Assembly: GCA_041661585.1 (NCBI GenBank)
Contig: JBAZUC010000003.1
Coordinates: 1 to 34,668 of the forward strand
Direction: 5' to 3'
Source: Parcubacteria group bacterium
GTDB lineage: Bacteria; Patescibacteriota; Minisyncoccia; Moranbacterales; UBA11712
Length of the DNA: 34,668 bases
The notes beneath the pieces were generated by a model. It saw only the letters and a program-made list of their open reading frames with translations, was not told the origin of the DNA and ran no database searches. Position 1 is the first letter of the stretch, and each line of letters starts with the position of its first letter. The translations under genes were made by a program, and so were the position numbers. Shown here one piece after another: positions 7,753-15,778 of this stretch.

Positions 7753-8205
7753 TTATACTTCCATCAACTTTTCTGCTTCTTTTTTGAAACTGTCGGCGCT
7801 TCCAAATCCTTTGTAGACTGATGCAAATCGCAAATATGCCACATCGTCGAGCTCTTTGAGCTTTTCAAGAACGAGCTTTCCAATCACTCTCGCCGGCACT
7901 TCGCAATCTTTGTCGAGCTGAAGCTTGTATTCGATCTCGTCAATCGCCTCTTCAATCTTTTTGTCTTCAATCGGTCTTTTTTCAAGCGCCTTTTTCATTC
8001 CTTTTTCAAGCTTCTCTCTTTTGTATTCTTCTTTGCGGCCATCCTTTTTCACGACCACAAAATTCAAAAGTTCCAATTGTTCATACGTACTGAACCTCTT
8101 CGCGCATTTCAAACATTCACGGCGACGGCGGATCATTTTTCCATCACTCGATTCGCGCGAATCGGTCACTTTTGTTTCCGGATGATTGCAGAAAGGACAA
8201 AGCAT
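7753..8205 (-). CDS. nrdR: Transcriptional repressor NrdR (zinc ribbon plus ATP-cone)
   Basis: MLCPFCNHPETKVTDSRESSDGKMIRRRRECLKCAKRFSTYE followed by an ATP-cone. Sits directly upstream of nrdD across a 36-nt gap. Confidence 0.95.
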   Translation of the reverse strand: MLCPFCNHPETKVTDSRESSDGKMIRRRRECLKCAKRFSTYEQLELLNFVVVKKDGRKEEYKREKLEKGMKKALEKRPIEDKKIEEAIDEIEYKLQLDKDCEVPARVIGKLVLEKLKELDDVAYLRFASVYKGFGSADSFKKEAEKLMEV

Positions 8206-8262
8206 AATTTGAAAATCACTATTTTTGAGAATTAATAAGGGTGATTCGAAGAATCCCCTTTT

Positions 8263-8278
8263 ATACTATATGTTGTGG
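8263..8278 (-). promoter_or_regulatory. Candidate NrdR box upstream of nrdR
   Basis: The minus strand reads CCACAACATATAGTAT. This matches 13 of 16 positions of the NrdR-box consensus as I recall it (acaCwAtATaTwGtgt). It lies 58 nt upstream of the nrdR ATG. No convincing second box was found at the usual 31-32 nt spacing. Confidence 0.4.
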
Positions 8279-8302
8279 TAGTACTCATCATTTTACCACA
8301 AG

Positions 8303-8324
8303 CAAAAAACCCGTCAAGCGGGCA
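8303..8324 (-). terminator. Rho-independent terminator ending the radical SAM/A24 operon
   Basis: The minus strand reads GCCCGCUUGACGGGUUUUUU: a short GC stem (CCCG/CGGG plus a G-U pair) followed by U6. It starts 45 nt after the stop at 8369. Confidence 0.4.
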
Positions 8325-8368
8325 TATTTGCTGCAAAATTTTGAGTTATCCACAGATCTGAATACCCT

Positions 8369-9373
8369 TCATCGAGTCACTAATTGCGCAAAGAAGGAAA
8401 ACATCGCTCCCCTAAAAATCATCGTTGCGATAACGCCAGCCAGCAGCCAAATCGCAAAGGGCATGCTTTTTTCATCTTTATTTTTTTGCACGTAAGCAAG
8501 GAGGATGAAAATTGGGCTGAAGAAGAGGGAAAAGAGAATGGAGTGCTTGACCAACGCCAGGATGCTTGCGATGTTTTGAGACGAACTAAAAAATCCGCTC
8601 AACCAAAAATACGGAATGATCGCGAGATAAATCAGAACCAAAATCCACGTCTTTTCCATAAGCCTCTTGAAATAGCTAAAACTTCTGGAGAGGCCTACGA
8701 ATATCAGGACGAGCCACACATTTCCAACTTGCTGATTTCCGCTGATATTCATCACTGAACCCAGCTTGAATCTCATTAGCTGAAAAATAAAAATAATCAT
8801 GAAGAAAATAACAACTGTTTTAACCAGAGTTATGTAATTCTTCCTGATATAACCGATCGATCGACCGAGTATTCCGGCTTCACCCCCAAACTTCAGAGAC
8901 GATGTATCCAGCTCTTTAAAAAAGAAATACAAACTCCGCAGGATCAGAAAAATAAATGCGAAAGTAAAAACATTGAGCAGCAGCGCCAGAGACGGGAAAT
9001 GTGGAAAGGCGCCATTGGAATAATATTTCAGGGGAAGCAATAAAGAAAAAACAAAAAAAAGCTTCGCGTCTCCAGCAGCCCACAGCTTAAAATGCCAGAG
9101 AAGATAGCCAACCGCCAAAGAGATCAGGCTGTTTATGGCAATATCGATAAAAAAATTTACCGAAAAAGCAGACGAAAAATTTCCTGCCCAAACAGCGTCA
9201 GGAAAGAAAGAAGACAGCTTGAACCACAGAAAAAGCATGAGATAACCAAAAACACCCCAGAGCAACCCTGCTTTGATCCATTTGTTCTTGATTTTTCCGC
9301 TCCGGAAATCCTGATAACTGGTGATGGCTCCAATGAAGAACAGCGCCGGTAAAAAGATAAGTTCAATGATCAT
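8369..9373 (-). CDS. A24-family (prepilin/preflagellin peptidase-type) aspartic peptidase-like polytopic membrane protein with an extra C-terminal TM domain
   Basis: Two Asp motifs as in TadV/CpaA/FlaK-type A24 peptidases: ITSYQDFRSGKIKN (D-x-R-x-G-x-I-x-N) and WAAGDAKLF (GxGDxKL-like). 334 aa and hydrophobic throughout. Confidence 0.6.
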   Translation of the reverse strand: MIIELIFLPALFFIGAITSYQDFRSGKIKNKWIKAGLLWGVFGYLMLFLWFKLSSFFPDAVWAGNFSSAFSVNFFIDIAINSLISLAVGYLLWHFKLWAAGDAKLFFVFSLLLPLKYYSNGAFPHFPSLALLLNVFTFAFIFLILRSLYFFFKELDTSSLKFGGEAGILGRSIGYIRKNYITLVKTVVIFFMIIFIFQLMRFKLGSVMNISGNQQVGNVWLVLIFVGLSRSFSYFKRLMEKTWILVLIYLAIIPYFWLSGFFSSSQNIASILALVKHSILFSLFFSPIFILLAYVQKNKDEKSMPFAIWLLAGVIATMIFRGAMFSFFAQLVTR

Positions 9374-9390
9374 GGATCATATATATCATC

Positions 9391-10320
9391 CTATTTAACG
9401 CATTTGAATTCTCCCCATCCATAATTTTTCACGTAATTTTTATAAACTCCTTCGCAAACATCCACATACCGGCATTTGATGCATACTTTGCCTTTTGTCT
9501 TGTAGGGTATGTTCGATATTTCCCTGATTTTTTTATCCTTTTCAATCAAGCGAATCTCGCCGAAGCCTATATGGGGAACAAGTTTTTTAGAAAAACACAA
9601 AGGGAGGTCAAGGATCGACAAATAATGATACTCCGCGCTGATGTTGGATACCAAGAGTTCCGGCTTGTTGCAAACTATTTTCTCGATCTCTCTCGCCAGA
9701 TCGCTGTATTTCGGCATGAGCTCGAAAAAATCTTTTTCCATATTCTCACCGCGCGGCTGGACAACCAACAGAGAGACATGATCCACCATGAATTGTTTCA
9801 GATATTTCAAAAAGCTTTCCATGTGAAGATAATTTTTCTTATTGACAACATGACTGATCAATATTTTCGACAGTCTATGCCTCTGATCGGAAATGTTGGT
9901 CAGTCCCCTAACAGTTTGGTCAAAACTTCCCGGCGCCCTGGTCAGAAATTCGTGTATACTTTTTTCATGTCCGTGCAGTGAAATAATGAACTCATTGACA
10001 CCGGCTGAAATCAGATCCAGGCAGAAATTTTTATACGCATATCGACGACCATTGCTGATGACCGCTATTTTTTTGAACCCCACTTTTTTTGCGTGCTTGA
10101 CGTATTTGATCAAATCCGGATTGAGCGTAGGTTCGCCGGAAGCAAATATGACCCTGTCGATGTTTTTGTTTTCATTGAGGACGCTGTAAACTCTTTTTTT
10201 GAACTTTTCAACGCTGACGCGCCTCGCCTCCCTGTCCGATTCCATACAAAAACGGCAGAGATTATTGCACATAAACCCCGTCGGAATAGTTAAATTTTTT
10301 TCGACAAGCTTTTCTATCAT
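9391..10320 (-). CDS. Radical SAM protein, paralog group 1, with C-terminal CxxCx5C auxiliary-cluster motif
   Basis: Motifs CNNLCRFC, ASGEPTLNPDL, SNGRRYAYKNF and SLHGH. The tail is CIKCRYVDVCEGVYKNYVKNYGWGEFKCV. ATGA start/stop overlap with the upstream gene. Confidence 0.85.
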   Translation of the reverse strand: MIEKLVEKNLTIPTGFMCNNLCRFCMESDREARRVSVEKFKKRVYSVLNENKNIDRVIFASGEPTLNPDLIKYVKHAKKVGFKKIAVISNGRRYAYKNFCLDLISAGVNEFIISLHGHEKSIHEFLTRAPGSFDQTVRGLTNISDQRHRLSKILISHVVNKKNYLHMESFLKYLKQFMVDHVSLLVVQPRGENMEKDFFELMPKYSDLAREIEKIVCNKPELLVSNISAEYHYLSILDLPLCFSKKLVPHIGFGEIRLIEKDKKIREISNIPYKTKGKVCIKCRYVDVCEGVYKNYVKNYGWGEFKCVK

Positions 10321-11294
10321 TTGAATCGCTTTTTTTGCTTAGACGAGAGATAAACCGGCTTCAAATCGGAAAGAGGATGGATTGCGGCATAATTTCTCCA
10401 GACCCCATTGCAATATTTTTCCAGATCGCAAAGAAGGCATTGCGGAGCCTTTGTTTTGCCATCCGCTGAGAAAATCTTGGTTTCGATTATCTTATTTTGG
10501 TGATCGGCGAAAGATTTTTCGGAAATTTCCATGCATTGGACCGGATATTTCCACCAATCCCCGATACAAAGTGGCAGACCGCAATAGGGATTCATAATCG
10601 TAAAGTTCAACTTTTTTCCAAGAAGAAGCGCTTTTTTCACATAAGGACTGATAGCGCCATATCTCGGCACGATATTTTTATTTGTCCACGCCCTACCGTT
10701 CGGCTGAACTATGGACAATGAAATATATTTTATCTTCGGAAATTCTTTTCTGACAAAACGCAGATATTCAGGCAAATGCCTATAGGTTTCAGCCGTAACG
10801 ACCGGATTTAGCGTCACGATTATTTTTGCTTCCAACAAATTCTTTATGCCCTTGATGCATTTTTCGAACGAATTTTTTATTCCAAGCGCGCGATCATGCT
10901 GGGCGGGGATATGCGAATGAAAACTCACGAAAGCTCGATTCAGTTTATTTTTTTTCAGTAGCTTCACATAGCCCTCTCGGCTCAGCAGTGTCGCATTTGT
11001 CTGCAATTCGACTACGCGGACTCCCTGCTGTTTTGCGAATCGTATGATTTCAGGCAGATCCTTTCGGAGCGTCGGCTCTCCGCCACTGAGGGATATGGCA
11101 ACATCCGAATATTTTTCGGTCAGGTCGCTAATCTCCTCTTTTATTGAATTGATATCTCTTTCTTTCGGCAAATTATATGACTCGGAAGGAACATTGCAAA
11201 AAGAGCATCGGGCATTGCATTTCGTTCCTACTCGGATCACTGGCAAAGACATTATTCGGCTGAATTTTTGCTTTGTTGGCTTAGTGGTTTTCAT
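10317..11294 (-). CDS. Radical SAM protein, paralog group 2, with C-terminal CxxCx5C motif
   Basis: Motifs CNARCSFC, SGGEPTLRKDL, TNATLL and SFHSH. The tail is CLLCDLEKYCNGVWRNY. An alternative ATG lies at 11252. Confidence 0.85.
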   Translation of the reverse strand: MKTTKPTKQKFSRIMSLPVIRVGTKCNARCSFCNVPSESYNLPKERDINSIKEEISDLTEKYSDVAISLSGGEPTLRKDLPEIIRFAKQQGVRVVELQTNATLLSREGYVKLLKKNKLNRAFVSFHSHIPAQHDRALGIKNSFEKCIKGIKNLLEAKIIVTLNPVVTAETYRHLPEYLRFVRKEFPKIKYISLSIVQPNGRAWTNKNIVPRYGAISPYVKKALLLGKKLNFTIMNPYCGLPLCIGDWWKYPVQCMEISEKSFADHQNKIIETKIFSADGKTKAPQCLLCDLEKYCNGVWRNYAAIHPLSDLKPVYLSSKQKKRFK

Positions 11295-12225
11295 CTTCGA
11301 TGATTTTTCTGATTATTTTTTCCTTGGAGACAAAAACAGGATATAACCCTTTCGAGCTGTAATAAACATCCATTGACGTAAGGCCGGCGCAGATCTCATC
11401 GAGCGCGCAGTGTCTGCATTTTTCCGGTTTATCACGGAAAAAATTCCTTTGCACAAGTGTGCCTCTCCCGTCCAGAAAATGGAGCGGCCTTATCTCATCT
11501 TTCACTATTTTTCTGGTTTCCGTCGAAACATGCTCGAAACCAGGCATATAGCAAAGAGGCACTCTTTCTATTCGAAAAGTTTTTCCGGCATCTTCAAACA
11601 CTTTTGCCATTTTGACAAGCTCTATTTCAAAACCATGGAGCGTAGGGATCGTCTTGGTATTTTTCATAGCCCTTTCCGAGGTCGGATCAAGATTGTTGCA
11701 ACTGAAATGACTGACAAAGGGGTATTCAGAAATTATGAATTTCGCGAGCGAACTTAGGTGGTCGGAGTTATATTTATTAAAGGTGATATTGATGTCTGTT
11801 CTTATGCCCTTCTGCTTGGAAAGATTTGTGAGGGTTTTTTTGATGTTTTCAAGTGAATCATCCTTTTTGGCAAGAAAATTCTGGACCTTGGCTCGATGGG
11901 AATATATTGAAACATGTACATGCTTCAGACCTGCCTTGAATAATCCTTCAAGATATCTTTTGTTCGCCGTTTTTTGGGCGTTGGTTATCATCTTTGTCTC
12001 AATCTTCTTTTTTGTGCAGTATCGAATCAGATCCGCGAGTTTTGGATATTTCGTCGGTTCTCCTCCAGTCAGAATAACTCCATCATATCCTCCTTCTATA
12101 TAACCATCAACAATCTTTTTCGCCTTGGAAAGCGGCATATCTTTCCATCCCGATGGAGGATTTGAACAAAAAAGACATTCTTGGTCGCACTCCCTTGTTA
12201 TTTGAATGTATGCAAAATTTGCCAT
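11281..12225 (-). CDS. Radical SAM protein, paralog group 2, with C-terminal CxxCx5C motif
   Basis: Motifs CDQECLFC, TGGEPTKYPKL, TNAQK and SIYSH. The tail is CRHCALDEICAG. Confidence 0.85.
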   Translation of the reverse strand: MANFAYIQITRECDQECLFCSNPPSGWKDMPLSKAKKIVDGYIEGGYDGVILTGGEPTKYPKLADLIRYCTKKKIETKMITNAQKTANKRYLEGLFKAGLKHVHVSIYSHRAKVQNFLAKKDDSLENIKKTLTNLSKQKGIRTDINITFNKYNSDHLSSLAKFIISEYPFVSHFSCNNLDPTSERAMKNTKTIPTLHGFEIELVKMAKVFEDAGKTFRIERVPLCYMPGFEHVSTETRKIVKDEIRPLHFLDGRGTLVQRNFFRDKPEKCRHCALDEICAGLTSMDVYYSSKGLYPVFVSKEKIIRKIIEDENH

Positions 12226-12235
12226 ACGCGTTTGT

Positions 12236-13423
12236 CTATTTTATTTTTTTTATCACACGCACCTTATCTCCTTTTGAGATAGGCTTCAGGCTCTTGAATC
12301 CGTTTTCTCTTATATAGTCGATCTGGGCTCCATCACATTGGCTATTCGAGCTGCAAATCTGACATTTCTTGCTTTTAAGAAAATACCGATGCTGAATGAA
12401 AAAATTCAGGAAATCTTGTATGCAAATTATTCCGGATTTTCTAATAGTCTTCGACTTTTGCCCAATTTTTATTTTCCCCAGGCACATCGCAATTTTTCTT
12501 GAAGATAACTGTCCCTTTTCCCTAAATTCGATGAGGTCACCGCAAAACATTTCCAAACTGCAATAGCCGCACCTTTCACCCCGGCATTCCATCATCTTCC
12601 CTTTCTTGAGATAAGCTTCGAACATATCCTTGCGCCCGTTGATCTCATCATACAACTTGTTGGGATGCTGTATCAATTCTTCGAATCCGTCAAGGTATTG
12701 AGGAGGAAACCTGTTCGTCCAGATATAAACATCCGGGCGGCGTGAAAATGCAAGCGCCTTTTTTATTCGAGGCATGGCTTTTTCCATGTCATAGAACAAT
12801 TCACCGCGATCTTCCCACGCTCGACCAAAAGGAATGATTTGGAGGAGATCAAATTCGTGTATCCCCAAAGCCACAAAATATTCAACTATTTCATCAAGCT
12901 GCTCACAATTTTGCTTATTTATGACAATATCTTGATTGACTATCAAGCCCGGAATCTCAAGAGCGTTCTTGAGGCCGGTTATAGCCTGCCGAAATGACCC
13001 CCTCACTCCCGTAAGCTTATCATGAAGTTTATCATTGTGCCCATGTATGGAAAAAGTGATCTCATTCACTCCCGCAGCGACAGAAGCGAGGAGGAAATTG
13101 TTGTACGCGAACATCCGGCCGTTCGTTATCACCTGAATATGCTTATAGCCCATTTTTTTTGCCATTTTTACCGCCTCCAAAAACTGCGGGTGGATAGTGG
13201 CCTCGCCTCCGCTCAAAACCACTTGGTCTATGTGTTGATCTCTCCCCTGCTGGAGATTTTTTCTTATTGAACTAAGCGGCAAAGCAGTGCCATTTTGAGC
13301 GTCTTTGTCAAGACAGAACATGCAATTGTTATTGCACCTCCGGGTCAGCCGTACCCAATGTTTCTTTTTGGTAGCTGCTTTTTCCTTTTCTTCTTTCTTT
13401 TTCCGTTCAAGGTCTTTTTTCAT
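12236..13423 (-). CDS. Radical SAM protein, paralog group 1, with two CxxCx5C motifs (extended C-terminus)
   Basis: Motifs CNNNCMFC, SGGEATIHPQF, TNGRMFAYNNF and SIHGH. Has CGYCSLEMFC plus a second CQICSSNSQC in an extension of about 80 aa. Confidence 0.85.
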   Translation of the reverse strand: MKKDLERKKKEEKEKAATKKKHWVRLTRRCNNNCMFCLDKDAQNGTALPLSSIRKNLQQGRDQHIDQVVLSGGEATIHPQFLEAVKMAKKMGYKHIQVITNGRMFAYNNFLLASVAAGVNEITFSIHGHNDKLHDKLTGVRGSFRQAITGLKNALEIPGLIVNQDIVINKQNCEQLDEIVEYFVALGIHEFDLLQIIPFGRAWEDRGELFYDMEKAMPRIKKALAFSRRPDVYIWTNRFPPQYLDGFEELIQHPNKLYDEINGRKDMFEAYLKKGKMMECRGERCGYCSLEMFCGDLIEFREKGQLSSRKIAMCLGKIKIGQKSKTIRKSGIICIQDFLNFFIQHRYFLKSKKCQICSSNSQCDGAQIDYIRENGFKSLKPISKGDKVRVIKKIK

Positions 13424-14843
13424 GGTTTTTCATTTTCCTTTTTATCGCGGATTCATAGACGAAAAAAAGAGCTGCTATATATTTATCTTCCGCGTCTTGA
13501 GGCTTTATCCTGAAATATTTTTTTTCTTTTCTTATTTTTTTCATTTTTCGCAATGACTGCAAAGCAAAAGGAAAAACGTCTTCAAGTCTTTTCCCAAAAA
13601 TCCTGAGAAAATCCTGGTGAAATATTTTCGTTCCTTGCTCAAAAGAACTTATCACAAAATTCAGCATTTCATCAGCGCTTGTCAAATCCCGGCCGGAAAA
13701 TATTTTCTTGGTTTCAGAAAAATCATCAAAGCTTCCAGCCTGCTGGTATTCCAGTTCGCCATAAACATGGGATCTGGAAAAGGGACCCATTCCAAAAGTG
13801 CTGCTGGGAGAACAGGCAGAAAATTCGCCTCCGTACGCCTTGCCAAATCCTTCACGTGCTTTCATAATTTTTGAATACACAGGATCGCTGAATTGCCAGT
13901 GAAACTTTGCCAGATCAAAGGGCTTGGACGTGTATCCCTTTTTCTCCGCGATTTTGAATGCTTCACGCATAAAAATCGGCATAGTTTTGGGATAATGTTT
14001 TTTGAAATATTCCTGGTAGTTCATTTTGAAATGCTTTTTGACGTACTGGCTGTCAGGCGGATAAAGACCGTAGCAAATGATCGTCGTCGGCTCAAGATCG
14101 ATCAGCTTCGAAAAACTTTCCGCAAAAGTTTTGGGAGTATCTCCCGGCAATCCGACAATAAGATCCGTGTTTATGATCTTGAAACCCAATTTTTTTGCCA
14201 TAGTTACGGCTGCAGCAACTTGTTCATAGGTTTGATATCCTCTTCCGGCTATCGTCAACGTTTTGCGACTGAAGGACTGCACGCCGAAACTCACGCGGTC
14301 AAAATCATATTTTTTCAGTATCTCGAGCTTGGACAAATCGCCGACGCTTGCATTGAATTCACAAGTCCTGATCCTTTCCTCGGAATTTTCCAAAAAATTG
14401 AACCGCCCGAAAAGCGACGAGAGAAGCTTCTCCATCTGATAACTGCTGAGAATATTCGGCGTCCCCCCGCCAATATAAAGATTCCTGAATTTTGTTTTCG
14501 AGAATGTTTTTTGGAAATATTTTATCGTATCCACCAAAAAATCGACGTATTGGCTAACTCTTTTTAGCTCCCTTAACTCATCCGACGGAAATGAACAATA
14601 ACCGCATCTGGAATTGCAAAACGGGATATGGATATAAAAATTTATATTTTCCAGCAATTCTTTTTTTCCGCGCAATCCGACAAAATTTTTCCAAAACTGC
14701 CGGACATCGGAAACGGAATATTTTTCGGTCGCTTTTGACAAGAAAAAAAGCCGGCTGATATTCGAATAGTAAGCGTCTTTTTCGAGAAACGACCTGAAAA
14801 ATTCAATTTGCCTTTTCAAATTATTGTCAGTTTTTTTTGTCAT
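13407..14843 (-). CDS. HemN/HemW-like radical SAM protein (possible class C radical SAM methyltransferase type)
   Basis: Motifs YIHIPFCNSRCGYCSFP and LYIGGGTPN are typical of the HemN family. The track start is 14921. I prefer the ATG at 14843 (MTKKTDNN...), which forms an ATGA overlap with the upstream stop. Confidence 0.8.
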   Translation of the reverse strand: MTKKTDNNLKRQIEFFRSFLEKDAYYSNISRLFFLSKATEKYSVSDVRQFWKNFVGLRGKKELLENINFYIHIPFCNSRCGYCSFPSDELRELKRVSQYVDFLVDTIKYFQKTFSKTKFRNLYIGGGTPNILSSYQMEKLLSSLFGRFNFLENSEERIRTCEFNASVGDLSKLEILKKYDFDRVSFGVQSFSRKTLTIAGRGYQTYEQVAAAVTMAKKLGFKIINTDLIVGLPGDTPKTFAESFSKLIDLEPTTIICYGLYPPDSQYVKKHFKMNYQEYFKKHYPKTMPIFMREAFKIAEKKGYTSKPFDLAKFHWQFSDPVYSKIMKAREGFGKAYGGEFSACSPSSTFGMGPFSRSHVYGELEYQQAGSFDDFSETKKIFSGRDLTSADEMLNFVISSFEQGTKIFHQDFLRIFGKRLEDVFPFALQSLRKMKKIRKEKKYFRIKPQDAEDKYIAALFFVYESAIKRKMKNHEKRP

Positions 14844-15778
14844 CTCTTTTTCTGAAAAATGACCGGATTGAACTCCTTCCATCCTTTTCTCTTTATGTAC
14901 GACTTCCAGACTCCGCTGCATTCCTCATTCATTTTACATTTGCGGCAATTCGCGCCCTTGATCTTTTCAGGCCATCGGACCGAAGCCGGCTTCGTTTTGC
15001 GCGCTTCCAGATTTTTTCTTCTCATTGCCGGCTCATAGTTTATGACATTTGTCTCCAATCCCCGGATCAAGCAGGGCGGCAGACCCATAATATATATTTT
15101 CGGGTGCTTCTTCGATTTTCGTTCGATTTGGGCAACAGCCTTTCTCAGATTTTTGCCAACTTTCGAATAATCAGGGACTATTTCTTCAAAATTCTCTTCG
15201 GCTCGTCCCTCAGGCAGCACAGTGTTGAGCACGATTCCTTCGATGTTCGGAAAAGAAATTATCAGCTCCAGAAAATCTTTGATATTTTTATAATTAATCT
15301 TGTTCATCAAAAAATTGATATAGAGTTGAAAAGGATACTTCTCCCGGAGAAAAGACAAATTGCATATTCCTAAAAATGTTTCACTGAAGCTTCCGGGAAC
15401 TCGGGTGATCTTTTCATGAATTTCCTTCACGCTTCCGTGCAATGAAACATTTATTTCCGTTACGCCCGCTTTGACTATTTTTTCACAGAATTTCTTGTCC
15501 GCAAATCTGCGACCATTGGAAATCAAACCGATTTCAGGATAGCCGCATTTCTTGGCAATTTCCACGAGCTCAATAAGATCCGGATGAAGAGTCGGCTCGC
15601 CCGAAGAGAACAAAACTTTATTGACCTTTCCCTGCATCGCCCTAAGGTCTTTTTCTGCATATTTCCGAAGACTCCGATAATCGAGCCTGTTTTGTTTGTG
15701 AACATCCGAACAAAACAAACATCCATTATTGCAATGTGAGTTGGTAAGTATATGCAATCTTTCATTCCTGACCGTCAT
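14840..15778 (-). CDS. Radical SAM protein, paralog group 1, with C-terminal CxxCx5C motif
   Basis: Motifs CNNGCLFC, SSGEPTLHPDL, SNGRRFADKKF and SLHGS. The tail is CRKCKMNEECSGVWKSYIKRKGWKEFNPV. The track start is 15868. I prefer the ATG at 15778 (MTVRNE...), which forms an ATGA overlap with the upstream stop. Confidence 0.85.
   Translation of the reverse strand: MTVRNERLHILTNSHCNNGCLFCSDVHKQNRLDYRSLRKYAEKDLRAMQGKVNKVLFSSGEPTLHPDLIELVEIAKKCGYPEIGLISNGRRFADKKFCEKIVKAGVTEINVSLHGSVKEIHEKITRVPGSFSETFLGICNLSFLREKYPFQLYINFLMNKINYKNIKDFLELIISFPNIEGIVLNTVLPEGRAEENFEEIVPDYSKVGKNLRKAVAQIERKSKKHPKIYIMGLPPCLIRGLETNVINYEPAMRRKNLEARKTKPASVRWPEKIKGANCRKCKMNEECSGVWKSYIKRKGWKEFNPVIFQKKR

Noticed and set aside
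8206-8262. Second NrdR box expected about 31-32 nt from the candidate at 8263-8278
   Set aside because: The best candidates I could align (around 8212-8228, 8231-8246 and 8294-8309) match half or fewer of the consensus positions.
10272-10292. AAACCCCGTCGGAATAGTTAAATTT, considered as a third copy or half-site of the ACCCCGTTAGAAA repeat arm
   Set aside because: The similarity is only partial (ACCCCGT then divergence) and there is no inverted partner nearby. It is likely chance within a coding region.
13893-14567. 224-aa plus-strand ORF
   Set aside because: It is antisense to the HemN-like radical SAM gene, which has clear motifs, and has no motifs of its own.
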